From NCBI GenBank assembly GCA_012295275.1, contig CM022667.1, forward strand, positions 7,130,001-7,194,000: a stretch of 64,000 nucleotides of DNA, read 5' to 3'. The DNA comes from Chrysomallon squamiferum (taxonomy: Eukaryota; Animalia; Mollusca). The translations under genes and the position numbers were made by a program. The notes below the pieces were generated by a model. That model was given only the letters and a program-made list of their open reading frames with translations, did no database searches and was not told the DNA's origin. This document shows, piece after piece, positions 1-12,766 of this stretch. How positions within the stretch are numbered: the first letter of the stretch is position 1; the number at the start of each line of letters is the position of its first letter.

Positions 1-189
1 TGTTTTAACATTTATTTTTTATAAAGGCAAACTTCTAAACTACTACACGATTTTAGAAATATTATTTAATGTTTTGTTTTTTCTTTCATTAACTTGTTGT
101 GCACTGTTTGAACTGTCAGCACTTAATCTAACATTTTCTATTCAAATCAGAGCTTGATGTTTATATCTCAAATTATCTTAATATTTATA

Positions 190-330
190 TAATCATTCTA
201 ATACTTGTATGTATATTTTGATATTTATATATGTATTCAAATATTTATATATGTATTTTAATATTTATATATGTATTCTAATATTTATATATGTATTCAA
301 ATATTTATATATGTATTTTAATGTTTATAT
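190..330. repeat. ~20-bp AT-rich tandem repeat (atatttatatatgtattcta)
   Basis: About 6 adjacent near-identical copies. Confidence 0.75.
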
Positions 331-539
331 CAGTTAGTGTGAGGCCAGTTAATGAAATCTAGGATTATGGTAAAATGCACATGTTTTCATTCACCAAGTC
401 ATGCGCTGACATTACACACAAACATTTTCATTCACCAATTATCTTCAGACACAGAAGCATTTAACTTCTGTTTATTATCCATTAAAATATCATTTACCAT
501 TTTCAGACAATTTGTCATAAAAAGACAAATAATGACCAA

Positions 540-790
540 TATTTATGATAATAATAGTGACAGTTATAATAATAATAATAATGACAGTTATAATAATAAT
601 AATAATAGTGACAGTTATAATAATAATAATTATAGTGACATGGTGATAATATCAGCTTTCATAATAGTGACATATGATAATAATGACAGCTGTGATATCA
701 ATAGTGACAGATATGGTAATAGTGACAGTTGCGATAGTAATAATGAGATGTAATAATAGGGACAGATGTGATAATAAAAGTGACATTTAA
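540..790. repeat. Degenerate (ataatagtgacag / aat)n low-complexity repeat
   Basis: Repeated 'aatagtgaca' interspersed with (aat)n; explains the Asn-rich ORF 352..753. Confidence 0.7.
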
Positions 791-1149
791 AATACTAATA
801 TTGTTCTAGATTATCAAAGTTTTGTTAGTTTAAAAAGAATATTGGTGAATGTATAAACTTTGCTTTCTCTGAAACAGTTTTCTGAGTTTTTTACTTCTCT
901 AAATTAACCTCAAATATCAATCAGTAACATATCTAGTTAATAATATATTGTACTGAATATTTTAATTTTTATGTAATTGTAATCAAAGTGTTCACACCAC
1001 AGTAAAAGTCTGAGTTTAAAAAATAATAAATAAAAAAATAAATAAAAATAATAATAATAATACTAATGATGGAGTTAAAAATTTAAAAAAGAAAAGAGTC
1101 TCTGGTCCCATCCTGTTAAAAGTTGATAAATATTCACTTATCATTTCAG

Positions 1150-1236
1150 AATAAAAATGGCGTGAAGTCGAGCAGTCGCGTTACTCAGGACAACGGCAAG
1201 GACAAAGATGGAAGTTCAGCTTGTAGTCTTCAGTAA
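1150..1236 (+). CDS. Putative terminal coding exon of an upstream gene, ending in CaaX motif (NKNGVKSSSRVTQDNGKDKDGSSACSLQ*)
   Basis: Acceptor tcatttcag|1150, GC-richer island, open frame to TAA 1234-1236, C-terminus CSLQ; long AT-rich UTR-like sequence follows. Phase 0 is assumed. Confidence 0.55.
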   Translation, partial: NKNGVKSSSRVTQDNGKDKDGSSACSLQ

Positions 1237-1984
1237 AAATCTTTCTGGTTTTGTTCAGTTTTGTGAAGTACATTTTTATTGAATTTGGATGATTTTATTT
1301 CACACATTAATGTCCAAACAACAAAATGAAACAAGTATGGTGGGAATATTTTCAAGAAGCGTTCGTTACTGGAATACTTAATAATAAATACTGTTGTTAA
1401 TTTAAGAATTTTATACAGGAAATGATAATTAAGAAATGTTATTTTTAAGAGTTGATAATTTAAATGTGTTTGCACGCTGTGGCCTTCAGTAGTTGGTTGT
1501 CATGAGAAACCGTTTCACTGTAAATAAAATCAAAATTGTGTTTGTTTTGGTATCACACCAGTGTTTTGAAATCTCTAATTACAGAGATTTTCTTTTTTAA
1601 TACCAATATTTTATTTATTTATTTTTATTTTATTTTATTTTTTGACATTTTAACAAAGAAAAGAATTTCATGATAAAAGAATATGATTATTACCTTTCTA
1701 AAATATGTAATTAGAAATGATTACTTTAAATAAATTTTATTAAAAATAATAAAACAAAATATAATAAACACATACATACTCACACTCTAAACATAAAACC
1801 AACTTTAATGCTAACAGCAAACTCAGATTTAACACAGAAATTATAATTTGCGATGTTTAACAAGTTTAAACACATGAAAAGAAGTAAGAAATCTAACATA
1901 ATGCTTTATTTGAATAAAATATTTACTGTCTTCTTTTTACTTGTCAACTGCTGTATAAAACTGCTGTGTTTAATCTGCTGATGA

Positions 1985-2320
1985 AAATGTTTAAATACCA
2001 GATTATTTATTTTAAAAGTTTAGATACCTGATTGTTTATTTAAAAATGGTAATTACCAGATTGTTTATATTAAAACTGTAAATACCTGATTGTTTATTTT
2101 AAAATTTAAAATACCAGATTATTTATTTTAAAATTTAAAATACCTGATTGTTTATTTTAACATTTATATACCAGAGATTATTTATTTTAAAATATTAAAT
2201 GCAAGATTGTTTATATTAAAATTTTAAATACCTGATTGTTTATTTTTGTTTTGAATACTAGATTGTGTATTTTGTTTATAGAATTTTTTTTTTTTTAAAT
2301 TTCAGATTGCTTATTTTAAA
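1985..2320. repeat. ~28-bp degenerate minisatellite (aaatacctgattgtttattttaaaattt)
   Basis: About 11 diverged copies. Confidence 0.7.
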
Positions 2321-5274
2321 ATTACTAAAAAAGTATTTATCTATGTTTGAAATGAAACTTTTAAAAAATAAATAAATAAATAATAAAAATAATAAATTAT
2401 TATATGCATTCATTTAATTTAAATAAATGTTATTTATTGAATGATTGTTATGAAAATTGTCAAAATATTTAAACTGTTAAATGTTTCTTTTTCCTACATG
2501 TGAAAAATTAATGATTTTTAGAAACCAATATTTTTGTTATTTGAAAAGTTTCTGAGCACACTGACAATGAATGCCTGTCTGCCATTGTTCTCAGTGCCTT
2601 TCTCTTCTCACGTTTATCTAAAAGTATCTAATACTGATATGATTGTGAGAGTTATCTGTTCTGAAGTCAGATGCTGATATTATTTATTTCTTTAATGTTT
2701 TGTAAATTTTTCAAATACATTCTATGCAGCCCTGTGATAAAAGTGTTTCTGCAGTTTAATTTTACCTGTCACACCTGCATATACTACTTACACTGTATTC
2801 TATGTAATTACTGTGTGATACACAGGATATGTTAACCAGGCATCATGTACAGTTTTACTTTGTAATATATTCACAGATGTATATACTTGAATATCACTTG
2901 ATGTATATGTTGTAAAAAAAAATTAAAGGAACATTTAGCATAACACTTTTTAAACGTTAAACTGCACTACAAATTAACAAAATGAATATATATCTTCATT
3001 ATTATTAATTCTCATTTTCAGTACAATTATTTTGTCATCCATATTTATAAAATGTCTTAAATATTTGCTATTTTGATACAATGAATCTGACTGGATAGTG
3101 TTAAGTCATAAACAAAACCACATTTCACTGATGTAATAGTTTATTTTGTTAATGAAAATATTTATCCTTCACTTATATAATAATAATAAGCAAATATTTC
3201 TGAAAATAATTTTCACTCCAGTATCAAAGTATGATCTAAGCTGTAATTTGAACAACAAAAGTATGGTTTTGGGAGGACTATTCGTTTTTTATTTTTTTAT
3301 TTTTTATTTAAGTTTAGCACTAACCATAGGAAAGATTTCTGCAGTAAAAACAGTAGTGTAGGTACTGGATGTAATCTGTGTACATCTAAAATATTCTTAG
3401 TTACAATTTGTGCAATATCTGTATTTCCATCATGTTTGTGTATTTATTTCACTCTCTACTCGTGTTTGGAGACAAATTGAGAATTCAGATTGTAAATGAT
3501 ACAACAAAGTGTGAGATTTTTTGTTTTCTTTTCCACATTTATGTTACTAATGTGTTTATGCATTTATTGCATTCCGTCCAGATATCTGCAATATTTTGTT
3601 AAATTGTTAATACTTTCTGTGATATTGACAAATCTTCAGTATATTTTTGTGTACATTTCTTGAAATTAAATTTTATTTGCAAGTTTAAAGTTTCTTTGTT
3701 CATATGAAAAGTGCGTGTGGATGCAGAACATCTTTACTGTTATTAAGCTGTATGCATAGTTTCTTGTTCTGACAGCTTGCACAGCAAGGTTGGAGTTACT
3801 ATCTGTGACAGTGAATATGTCTGCACTAAATTCAGTATGAATCTTATCTGAAGATAAAAACAAAACACAAGTTCAATGAATGTTTTAATGAAAATATTAA
3901 ATAGAGAAGAACTTTAATTCAAATACAAACACTTTGTAATTTCAAAATAATTATGTTGGTATAACAAACACCAGTAATATATGGCAGTGTTTTAATACGT
4001 ACAAGACTGCATTTAGGATGCAATTTGTTAATTTCAGTTTCATTCTCAATTAAACATTATTTAGGATGCAATTTGTTAATTTCATTTTCATTTTCAATTA
4101 AGCATTATTTAGAATGCAATTTGCTGATTTCAGTTTCATCCTTTTTACAATAAACAGAAAAATAGTTATTTCCTTTAGTAATGATGTATAAATATTTCAA
4201 AGTTTGTGAAATTAAAAAACAATTTCAACTTTTATTAATTTTTTATAAAAAAAACAACAACACTGCAGTAACCTCAAAGAGAAATAATTAAACACAATAT
4301 TTTCAATTAATTTCAACTGCTATTTGAGTAACACAAGTTAACAGCCTGTATTATTAATACAGGAACTAGCTCATCATTTTAATTATTTTACTAGATTTTC
4401 AAAATGTTAAACTACTAGTAAATACTTTGCCACTTGTTTTACATAAACACAGTTCTAGTTTTTACAAGGTAAACACATTAACAAAGACTAACAGTAAATT
4501 TACTCTGCTGGTAAGAGTGGACAAGAATTCATCAGTCTGAGAAACCACGTTTCTGGTAACAATGAAGCTATCTCCAGTCTTACCAGAATAGGTACATAAT
4601 TTAAAAAATATTAGAAATTAGTATTTCTGGATGGATGGGATTTTCACTTTCATTAATAGTTAATTTTCAACAATCATGGGAAACAAAACATTTTAAAGTT
4701 TGTTATTATCCTAAAATTATATATCTTCTATAGTAAAATAACTCAAATCGGAACAATGTAAATTATTATTTTTATCAGTGCAACTAACAATTTAAACACA
4801 ATAACTAACAAAGAATTTGAGTATATCAGTTAACTGAAATTGTCATTAAAGCTATTTACGTACAGTCAATTGTTACATAATTAACTACACAACTGAGATA
4901 TGAGACAGAAGCATTTAACAAAAAATATTCAAACGTATAAAAATAAGAAGCACTTTTTTTATATACAAATATGTACAGTCTTGTGAAAAATGTTACATCT
5001 TTGTCTAGATTTGTGAAAAATAATACGTTTTTATCATGTTCAGTTTACAGCATCTTTCACCTTTTTTTTTTAAATATATCTGTAAATGTGATAAGTCATG
5101 ATGATATTATTTTGATAATATTTGTGAGAACACATTTACATGGAGTTTTGAAATCAGTTACTGTACTTTTACACTTTCAAACAACAGATAATCTCCCCTG
5201 TTAATTTATAAAACAATAATTTCTCTTGTTTTGAACACATTAGGTGCAAGCACTAGACTTATGAATACAACAAT

Positions 5275-5500
5275 TAGACTGATTTCATGTGATTTTTGTT
5301 GTTTTCTGAAGATTCCACTGATACAACATGTGAACTGATTTTATATGTTTTTGACATGAGTAATAAACTAATTTCATGTGACAACATTTTGATAGGCTAC
5401 ATCAATACAATTGATAAACTGATTTCATGCGACAACATTTTGACAGGCTACATCAATACAATTGATAAACTGATTTCATGTGATGATGTTTGACAGGCTG
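5275..5500. repeat. ~60-bp tandem duplication (aactgatttcatgtgacaacatttt...)
   Basis: 2-3 copies just past the E2F4/5 stop codon; produces the repeated ORF 5296..5493. Confidence 0.65.
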
Positions 5501-5535
5501 TACTGATAAAACTGATAAGCGCTGCTGTTGCCAAG

Positions 5536-8500
5536 TTATATAGACAGGAGTGGAACATCAAACAAGTCACAGGCTCCCTCAGTGTCGTCCAGGTTGAAGT
5601 AGTAGTCACGGTCAGATGGAGGTGGACTCAGTCGAAGAAGTGGAGCAAAACCTGATAAAAACACAAATAAGTGACACGTGTCATAATGAAAAAAAAAATA
5701 AGATGCTGATGAAGATAAAAACAAGATGTTTAATAAGATAAAATCACAGAATGATGAAACAATAATGGGCAGAGAGGAAAACATGGACTGCTAATGAAAT
5801 AAGTTTGGTTTTATAATTTTTTTTTTAAATATGAACTTTGGGAATTTAGCTGTGTAAATGCTGTTTACTGAAACATTACATCTGCCTGCACTGGTTTTTC
5901 ATGACTGGTACAAGGTTTCTACTAACAAAAAGTGGCAGACTTACTTTCTGAAGAAATAAGATCTTCAATAAATGCACCATCAATGCCTGAAACAAAAATT
6001 AAAAAAATACCACTTTATTAAAACAGGAACAGTTTAAATAACAAAGCTGATAAAATGCTGGATATGTAGGGGAAAAAAAAAAATCTACTTAAAGCACAGT
6101 TTGTTGTACAAGAATAATAATAAATATTTAATACCTAAATCACTGCGGGATGGGTCAAAAAGTAAATCAGAGGAGAGAGAGTCCAGACCAAACTGCACTG
6201 AACTTGATGAGGTAGATGCTGTAAGAAGAATTAGTTCAGTTCAGTAATTTTATGGACTGAATGTAAAAAATAATTAATGTTATTAAAAAATAGAACCCTT
6301 TGTGGCAAAAAATTATTACATTTTTTTTGTTTTTAAACTGGCCTCCACAAATCAGAACTGAGCTTAAATGTATCTTATATCTTACAATTTTCAAATTTAC
6401 AAAACACATTTCTACTAAAATTAAATGCATCTTTTTCTGCAACAACAAAAAGTTTTTATGTTAGAAAAACCATTAAAGTTGATAATATAAATAAAAGAAT
6501 ACAATGATATTTGAATTGGATACTTCAGTAAATGAAAAGATTAATGTGTGTAACAGTACATACGTTGTGCCTGTTCCTGTGCTTGTTTCCGTGGTGATGA
6601 CCGAGTAGCCATTCTGGTGACAGGGGGGGTGTCTGTTGATGAGCCTTGTAGTGTGGACTTCTGGGAAGTTTTAGCTGGTGAACGCTGCTGACACAAAAGT
6701 TATAGTTAACTGTGTAAACATGAACATTTTTCAGGTAAGATAACAGAGGATGAACTTGAACTCAGAGAAGAATGGAAAAATAGTAAAATACAAAAATTAA
6801 CATTAAGAAAAGAAAAATTAGAGGTCAAAAGAGGTGTCTATGTAGGAAGAATAAATGTGTTTTATAGTCAGCTGTGACAAACAAACGTACAGTCAGCTGT
6901 GACAACACACCCACCTTTCCCTGCGATTTGGCATTTCCCTTTCCTTGAGCAGGATCAACATTTTGATTTTGCTGCTCTTCGTGTTGTTCAACCATGTCTT
7001 CTTTAGCTGGTGGGACTTGTACTACCACAGGACTGGTGTTTTCAGCGTCCTTGTTAACAAGGAGGACATTGATGGCTCCAGCATGACTCTTCAGATGAAT
7101 CTGGTAGTTCTTCTTGAAACCTGGACCCTGCAAGTGTTTAAATTCTAAATCACTGTCACCCTTTATGTGTTTCTACAACAAACCTTTAGTTTTAGTTCTA
7201 CAGAAACTTCAAACTTTTGTGTAGAGTTAAAATAAATGTCTGACTGAATTAAGTAAAACTGAATGGTGAAGACAACTCACTATTTCTGGAATGGGCACTT
7301 CAAGCTGGGTTCCAGATGGTGCTTGTATCGCTAGGAGAGTGTCACCCTTGAAACACTTACAAATATCTTCATGTGTCACATAGGCCAATCTGAATACAAT
7401 CAATCAGCTTTTTAATGAGAACAACATCCATGATAACTCCTCACAAACACCCATAAATACACACACACTTACAAACACATATACACATACTTACAAAAAA
7501 CATACATATATATATAATCTATATATATACACACACATATACAGTATTCCCTCGCTATTCGCGGGGGTTACGTTCTTTACCCCCCCCGCAAATAGCGAAA
7601 AACTGCGAATATTGGATGCAGTTTTAAAACGTCTATTATGAGATTATATACAGTACTAAATGCTTCCCAAACACTTTCTAAAGACACTCTTACTCATTAA
7701 TACAGTAATAATGTAGTAATATTGCATGCAGTTATGTATTTCACTAATGTAGTAATGATAATGTAAACACATTTTAATTTTGTACTGAAACAATATTTTA
7801 ATCAGAAAGAAACATAAGTACAGGAGGACAGTAACACTGCATAGCATAGTTACCCATACTGTATTACTGTACCGTAAAGTCATTTTCTATGCGTACAACA
7901 TATGTATTAGAATTGACAGAAAGTGGAACAAATTTAAAGGCAAACAGACAGATAAATACAGTACGCACAGTTCAGGTAATAATAATACAATTCAGTAATA
8001 ATATGCAATTAAAAACATTATTAATACACGGTCACAAAAAATATGCACTGTACATACAGTGTATGCATTTATAAAAAAATACGTACTGTATTGCAATAAT
8101 AATTGAAAAAATTTGATATTGTTTGTGCGGTTTACCGAGCATTTGTTTTTATGACGTTATGATGCTCGCCTGGTATACCAGCATACGATGCGATAGGGTT
8201 AAGAGCCTAACCTGCGAATATGCGGGGCCGCGAATGGGGAACCGCGAACAGGTGAGGGTATACTGTATATATTGACTTAATGTACACTTTATTTATGCAA
8301 TCTAAATAACAAAACCTACATTCTTCACATATTCAGTCTAAATAATAAACATGTAGCTCTTTTACAGATATGTCATTAAACCACAGAAAACAATACTTTT
8401 CAAACTGAAATATGTCACTGTAAGAGAAAGGAACAAATGGTAATTTTGATAAAAGTGAAACTACCTCGTGTTTGTCACTTCATCTGTGACATTCTTGATG

Positions 8501-10415
8501 CTCTGCTGAACCCAGATTTTGTGTTTGTCTAACTCTCGCTCCTGTCGTTCCAGTTCATCAAGTTCTTCTTTCAACACAACCAGACGGTTTGAAATCTCAG
8601 TGCTGTTACACCCGGCACAGGCACCCCTGTCACGATCAATTAGAAACGAGTATCAATAAATTAAGTTTTTAATTGAGACACTTCACAACTGCTTTTGGTA
8701 AATTTCATCTTAGCATCTTTTGTTTCTCTAGGATGATACATTTTTCGGAAATCAGCTAAATTAACAAATTTCTTTTAAAGAGAGTTTCTACATACTTCCA
8801 TTGGATGCTGTTTTTAGACTTCTTTTCAATGAGGCCGATCCCTTCAAGAACATTGGTGATGTCATAAATTCTTCTCTTCTGACGAACCTCAAGCTGATCA
8901 GCAGCCTGGTAATTAAATTCAAAATTCACTGTAATTGTATGTTAAAAAAACAACAAAAAAACACCTTCTGTGAAAATTGAAAAAAACTGAAGAAACAAAA
9001 TCACTTTTTAGTTTTTGACACAACCATTTAGAAAATTTACTTTTTCAGATAAATGTTACATGGTTTTTTGCAAAAGGCAGTGCATGTACACAGTTAATAT
9101 AATAATGCATAACATCATTCATGCAGCCATAATAAATGGAAAAATGGTTTATAACATGGTTAATTTTTTTGTACTACCATAACATTTTGTGGAAGATGCT
9201 GCATGAAAACTATTTGATTGATATTCCAAATTTTGAATTTATATATTTAGAAACAAACACTACAAAATAACAGGATGAAAATATTGGAAAAAATAAACTT
9301 GAACTAGTGTTTTTTTTATGGTAATACATAGGGATGTTACTATCAAGTTTCAGTTCTGTAATATAAAAAAAATAATAACATTTTTGTTTTAGCTACATGT
9401 GTGCCCTTAATGTTATAAATAATACAGTTGTGTGCCACTGTTGAATGTATTTTAAAATATTAATTGTATAAATTCATAGATTAACTCAATAACTGGCTAA
9501 ACAACACGTAGAACAATAATGGTAATACATTTGAGGGGAACCCCAGCAAATTTTCAGCTGATTCATTATATGACTGGATAGTTATCATTCATGATTCACA
9601 TATTTATACCAGTGATGACAATATCTGGTTTAGTCAGTTTCAGTAATAAAAGATAGTTTTGACAAGAAAAAACTGACAGGAGGTATAAATTATGATTTAT
9701 AATAACTATCTTTATCATGTTAACATCTTTTCATTAATTTCAGTATGTCTGCATCATTTTATTTAATGACTCAAAATATTTTCACACTCTTAAAAATGCA
9801 TCTGCTAATTTATCGTTTGATAGCATATCTTCAAAAACTATAAATGATAGCAAATACTTAAATTAGAAAATGTAAAATAATTTTACTCATACAATTAATT
9901 AGTCTACATGTCTGAAAATACTACTACTACTACTAATAATAATAATACGTAAGCGTTATTTTTAACAAATATACAGGAAAGTGAATGAAGTTAAAAATAT
10001 TTTTCAGTGACAGCTGGTCACGTGACACAACACCACCAGAAGATCATTCACTGATTCATTTATAATAATTTAAAAATAAAATTAGTGATGCATAATTAAA
10101 CAGAAAAGTAAGGTTATAGCGAAATAAATATAAAAGTAATATACTTGAATAAAAGATAACATCTATCTAATCTGACATCGGAAAAGTTTCAAAACAATGA
10201 ATTGAATGAATGGAAAACGTGGAGACACTTGGTGACTTGCTTCGCGTTACCACTTAATTCTAATAAAATAAGCTTGACGATCACATTTTAAAAATAACTG
10301 CACGTACCACTTTTAGATCAAGTACTCCATCTTTAGCCTGTTGTAAAAGTGAAACAAATCTGGTTGTTAATAATCCTAAGCTTTTCTCGTGTCGACTCGA
10401 ATTTGGGTCAGCCAT
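5536..10415 (-). CDS. E2F4: Transcription factor E2F4/E2F5-like, 9 coding exons
   Basis: Exons (minus): 10308-10415 [36 protein letters not shown]; 8796-8905 [36 protein letters not shown]; 8465-8626; 7281-7389 [35 protein letters not shown]; 6915-7127; 6564-6687; 6135-6218; 5945-5986 [13 protein letters not shown]; 5536-5651 [32 protein letters not shown] (pocket-protein-binding motif). All introns GT-AG with consistent phases. Confidence 0.96.
7542..8265. mobile_element. Non-autonomous Tc1/mariner-pogo (Tigger-like) MITE in E2F4/5 intron 3
   Basis: Left end cagtattccctcgctattcgcgg; reverse complement of right end cagtataccctcacctgttcgcgg; TA on both flanks; CpG-rich ends; no transposase ORF. 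Confidence 0.85.
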
Positions 10416-10900
10416 CACTGATATGGTGGACGCTTCAAAAAGAAGGCATTTATGATGCCATTACGTACCGCAAAGTGCGATAAACAACTTTCCTGTTAAG
10501 AAACTAGTATAATTTGCATTCAGTGAAGTTCGAGAAAAATAAACCAATTATTATATTAATTTTAACGCTTATTGACTGATGCTAAAAACATTAAAACTAT
10601 TGAAATGCGTGAAAAAACACAATATATAACTATTTATGTATTGTTTACTCTTTTGTCCTAAAAAAAAATAAAAAATAGTAAATAAATAAATTAAAGTCAA
10701 TTCGATTTTAACCATGAATACAATAAGAAATATCTGTTGATCTAGTGAAATATCTGGTTAGTTTTTGATTCATGTTCATAAAGTTTCTGTTTTAAAGCTC
10801 AAGATCAATACGCGGATTTGACGAAAAGTATAATTTACTATTTGATCGTTCTTTTCAGCTCTTTGTGGTTGTTCATCCTTTAGAAAATGATGAATATCCG
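10416..10900. promoter_or_regulatory. Putative bidirectional promoter, E2F4/5 (-) and BTB gene (+)
   Basis: Head-to-head starts under 1 kb apart, with locally retained CpGs. Candidate BTB 5'UTR intron: donor near 10955 (g|gtacga), acceptor ttatttcag at 11322. Confidence 0.5.
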
Positions 10901-11365
10901 GGTTACAGTAATGGACGCGTCCTGGTAACTGGAACTTGGGGAAGTTCTATAGTTGGTACGAACATGTGCACAGTTTTGATCTTTATGTTTGATTTAAAAA
11001 AATAATAATAATAATAAAAAATAAAAAATGACATTCTGTCAGATACTTTTAGAATCATAGAACAGTTCTCCCTGATTATTAAGACATACTAAATATCAAA
11101 GTGTACTATACGAATAATTTATTGTTGATCATTAACTTAAGTTAATGTATTATGTAGGTATTATCTAAGTCAATAAGTGTCTTTTTCAAGATCGAGTCGA
11201 TAATCGTAGCATCAATAACATAATGAGTCTGGATTATGTCAATAACTACAATATACAGAAGAGAAACGATAGACATTTTTATAATTTATAATTTTAGTTA
11301 TGTATTTAGTTTGTTATTTCAGGTTCAAAGGTGGAAGTTTTGAAATGTGTTAAACCCTGGTGAAA

Positions 11366-12766
11366 ATGTTATCTGGGTCAGTGCTGCAAGGTGAACATAT
11401 TAACAATTCAAACAGTACTTTGCAGAAACTGCTTGCTCTCTATGTCGGGTCAGATCTCAGTGATGTAACCCTGGTGGTTGGCTCTAAACTTTACCATGTT
11501 CACAAACTTATACTGAGCATGTGCAGTGATGTCCTCAAGACTATGCTAACAGACATTAAGTGGCCTGAAGCATTTAAAGACTGCATTATTCTTAGTGAAG
11601 AACCAGAGTGTTGTGATGTTTTCAGTGACTTCATCCGCTACATGTACACCGGCAACATCCACCTGACAGGGCAGTCTGTACTTCCCGTTCTTACTCTTGC
11701 TGACAAGTACAATGTCCACGACTTGTCAGAGACATGTGTCACCTTCATGTATGACAACTGTGATGCAGCTGCTGATAACCTGTTTGTTGTTTCATGGCTG
11801 CAGTATGCAAGGTTGTGTTCATACAAAACTCTGGAACGATGCTGTCTCCGTTATATAGAGTGGAATTTCCAGAAAGTTTTAAACAGCACAGACTTCCTGT
11901 CAATGAGAGCAGAAACTCTGATAGATTTTTTACACAGCTCCAGCCTCGTTGTGATAGATGAATATTCTTTGTTTGAGGGAGTCAGACGATGGCTGTTGTA
12001 CCAGAAATACAACAGTTTCCTGTCAAAGCCAGGTTTTGAAAAACTCTTACACAAAGTTCTTGCTCACATAAGATTCTCAAAATTCAGACCAAACCAGCTG
12101 CAGTGTTTCACACAAGATTCGTTTATGATGGATATCTCACAGATGTTGTCTGATAAACTCCTAGTTACACCATCGTCTCACAAACCTGTGCGTGAGTGTT
12201 GCAGTCAGCAAACCTTGTTGGGTTGTATGCCAAGAAACTACCTCTGTGAGGACTGGAGCACACAGCTGATAGTGGAGAACTTCACGACTTTTGAAAATCA
12301 TGCCTGCCGCACTCTTTTCTTCTCAACCCCTGCCACCAGCTGTCGAAGTGGTAGTGGCATGCTGGATGAAGATGAGACAAGCTGGGACTGGCAGGTGGAT
12401 CTCTATCCTAAAGGAATTTTCTTCCCACGAGGAATTCTCATTGGTCTGCAAGAGAATTTTCTGTTAGATGAACAGGAACACAAAACTGTCCGCATTGGTG
12501 TCATGGCAAAATGTTTCCATGGAAATCGCCATGTAGAAGTGTGTGTTTTGGCAATAGCTCAGGGTCAGGAAAAAGGTTCAGAGTTTGTGAAGAACATTGT
12601 GAGAAAAAAATGTATTTTTGACTGCGATGGTTGTCTGTGTAATATTGACAACATAGTCCCTTATGCTGACATGCAGGATGTGAACTCTTCTTATTTAACA
12701 GGTCCTGATAAAAACACATTTAAAATTATCATCATCATTAAACCATTAACAGAAAATGTCGAGTAA
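11366..12766 (+). CDS. BTB/POZ-BACK protein with C-terminal beta-rich (MATH-like) region, BTBD17-like; single coding exon
   Basis: SDVTLVVGSKLYHVHKLILSMCSDVLKTML (BTB); FIRYMYTG; VLTLADKYNV; BACK motif DEYSLFEGVRRWL; WDWQVDLYPKG. First ATG is at 11366 (the ORF track starts at GTG 11360). Confidence 0.9.
   Translation: MLSGSVLQGEHINNSNSTLQKLLALYVGSDLSDVTLVVGSKLYHVHKLILSMCSDVLKTMLTDIKWPEAFKDCIILSEEPECCDVFSDFIRYMYTGNIHLTGQSVLPVLTLADKYNVHDLSETCVTFMYDNCDAAADNLFVVSWLQYARLCSYKTLERCCLRYIEWNFQKVLNSTDFLSMRAETLIDFLHSSSLVVIDEYSLFEGVRRWLLYQKYNSFLSKPGFEKLLHKVLAHIRFSKFRPNQLQCFTQDSFMMDISQMLSDKLLVTPSSHKPVRECCSQQTLLGCMPRNYLCEDWSTQLIVENFTTFENHACRTLFFSTPATSCRSGSGMLDEDETSWDWQVDLYPKGIFFPRGILIGLQENFLLDEQEHKTVRIGVMAKCFHGNRHVEVCVLAIAQGQEKGSEFVKNIVRKKCIFDCDGCLCNIDNIVPYADMQDVNSSYLTGPDKNTFKIIIIIKPLTENVE

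Noticed and set aside
352-753. 133-aa Asn-rich ORF
   Set aside because: Produced by (aat)n and atagtgac repeats; no protein-like features.
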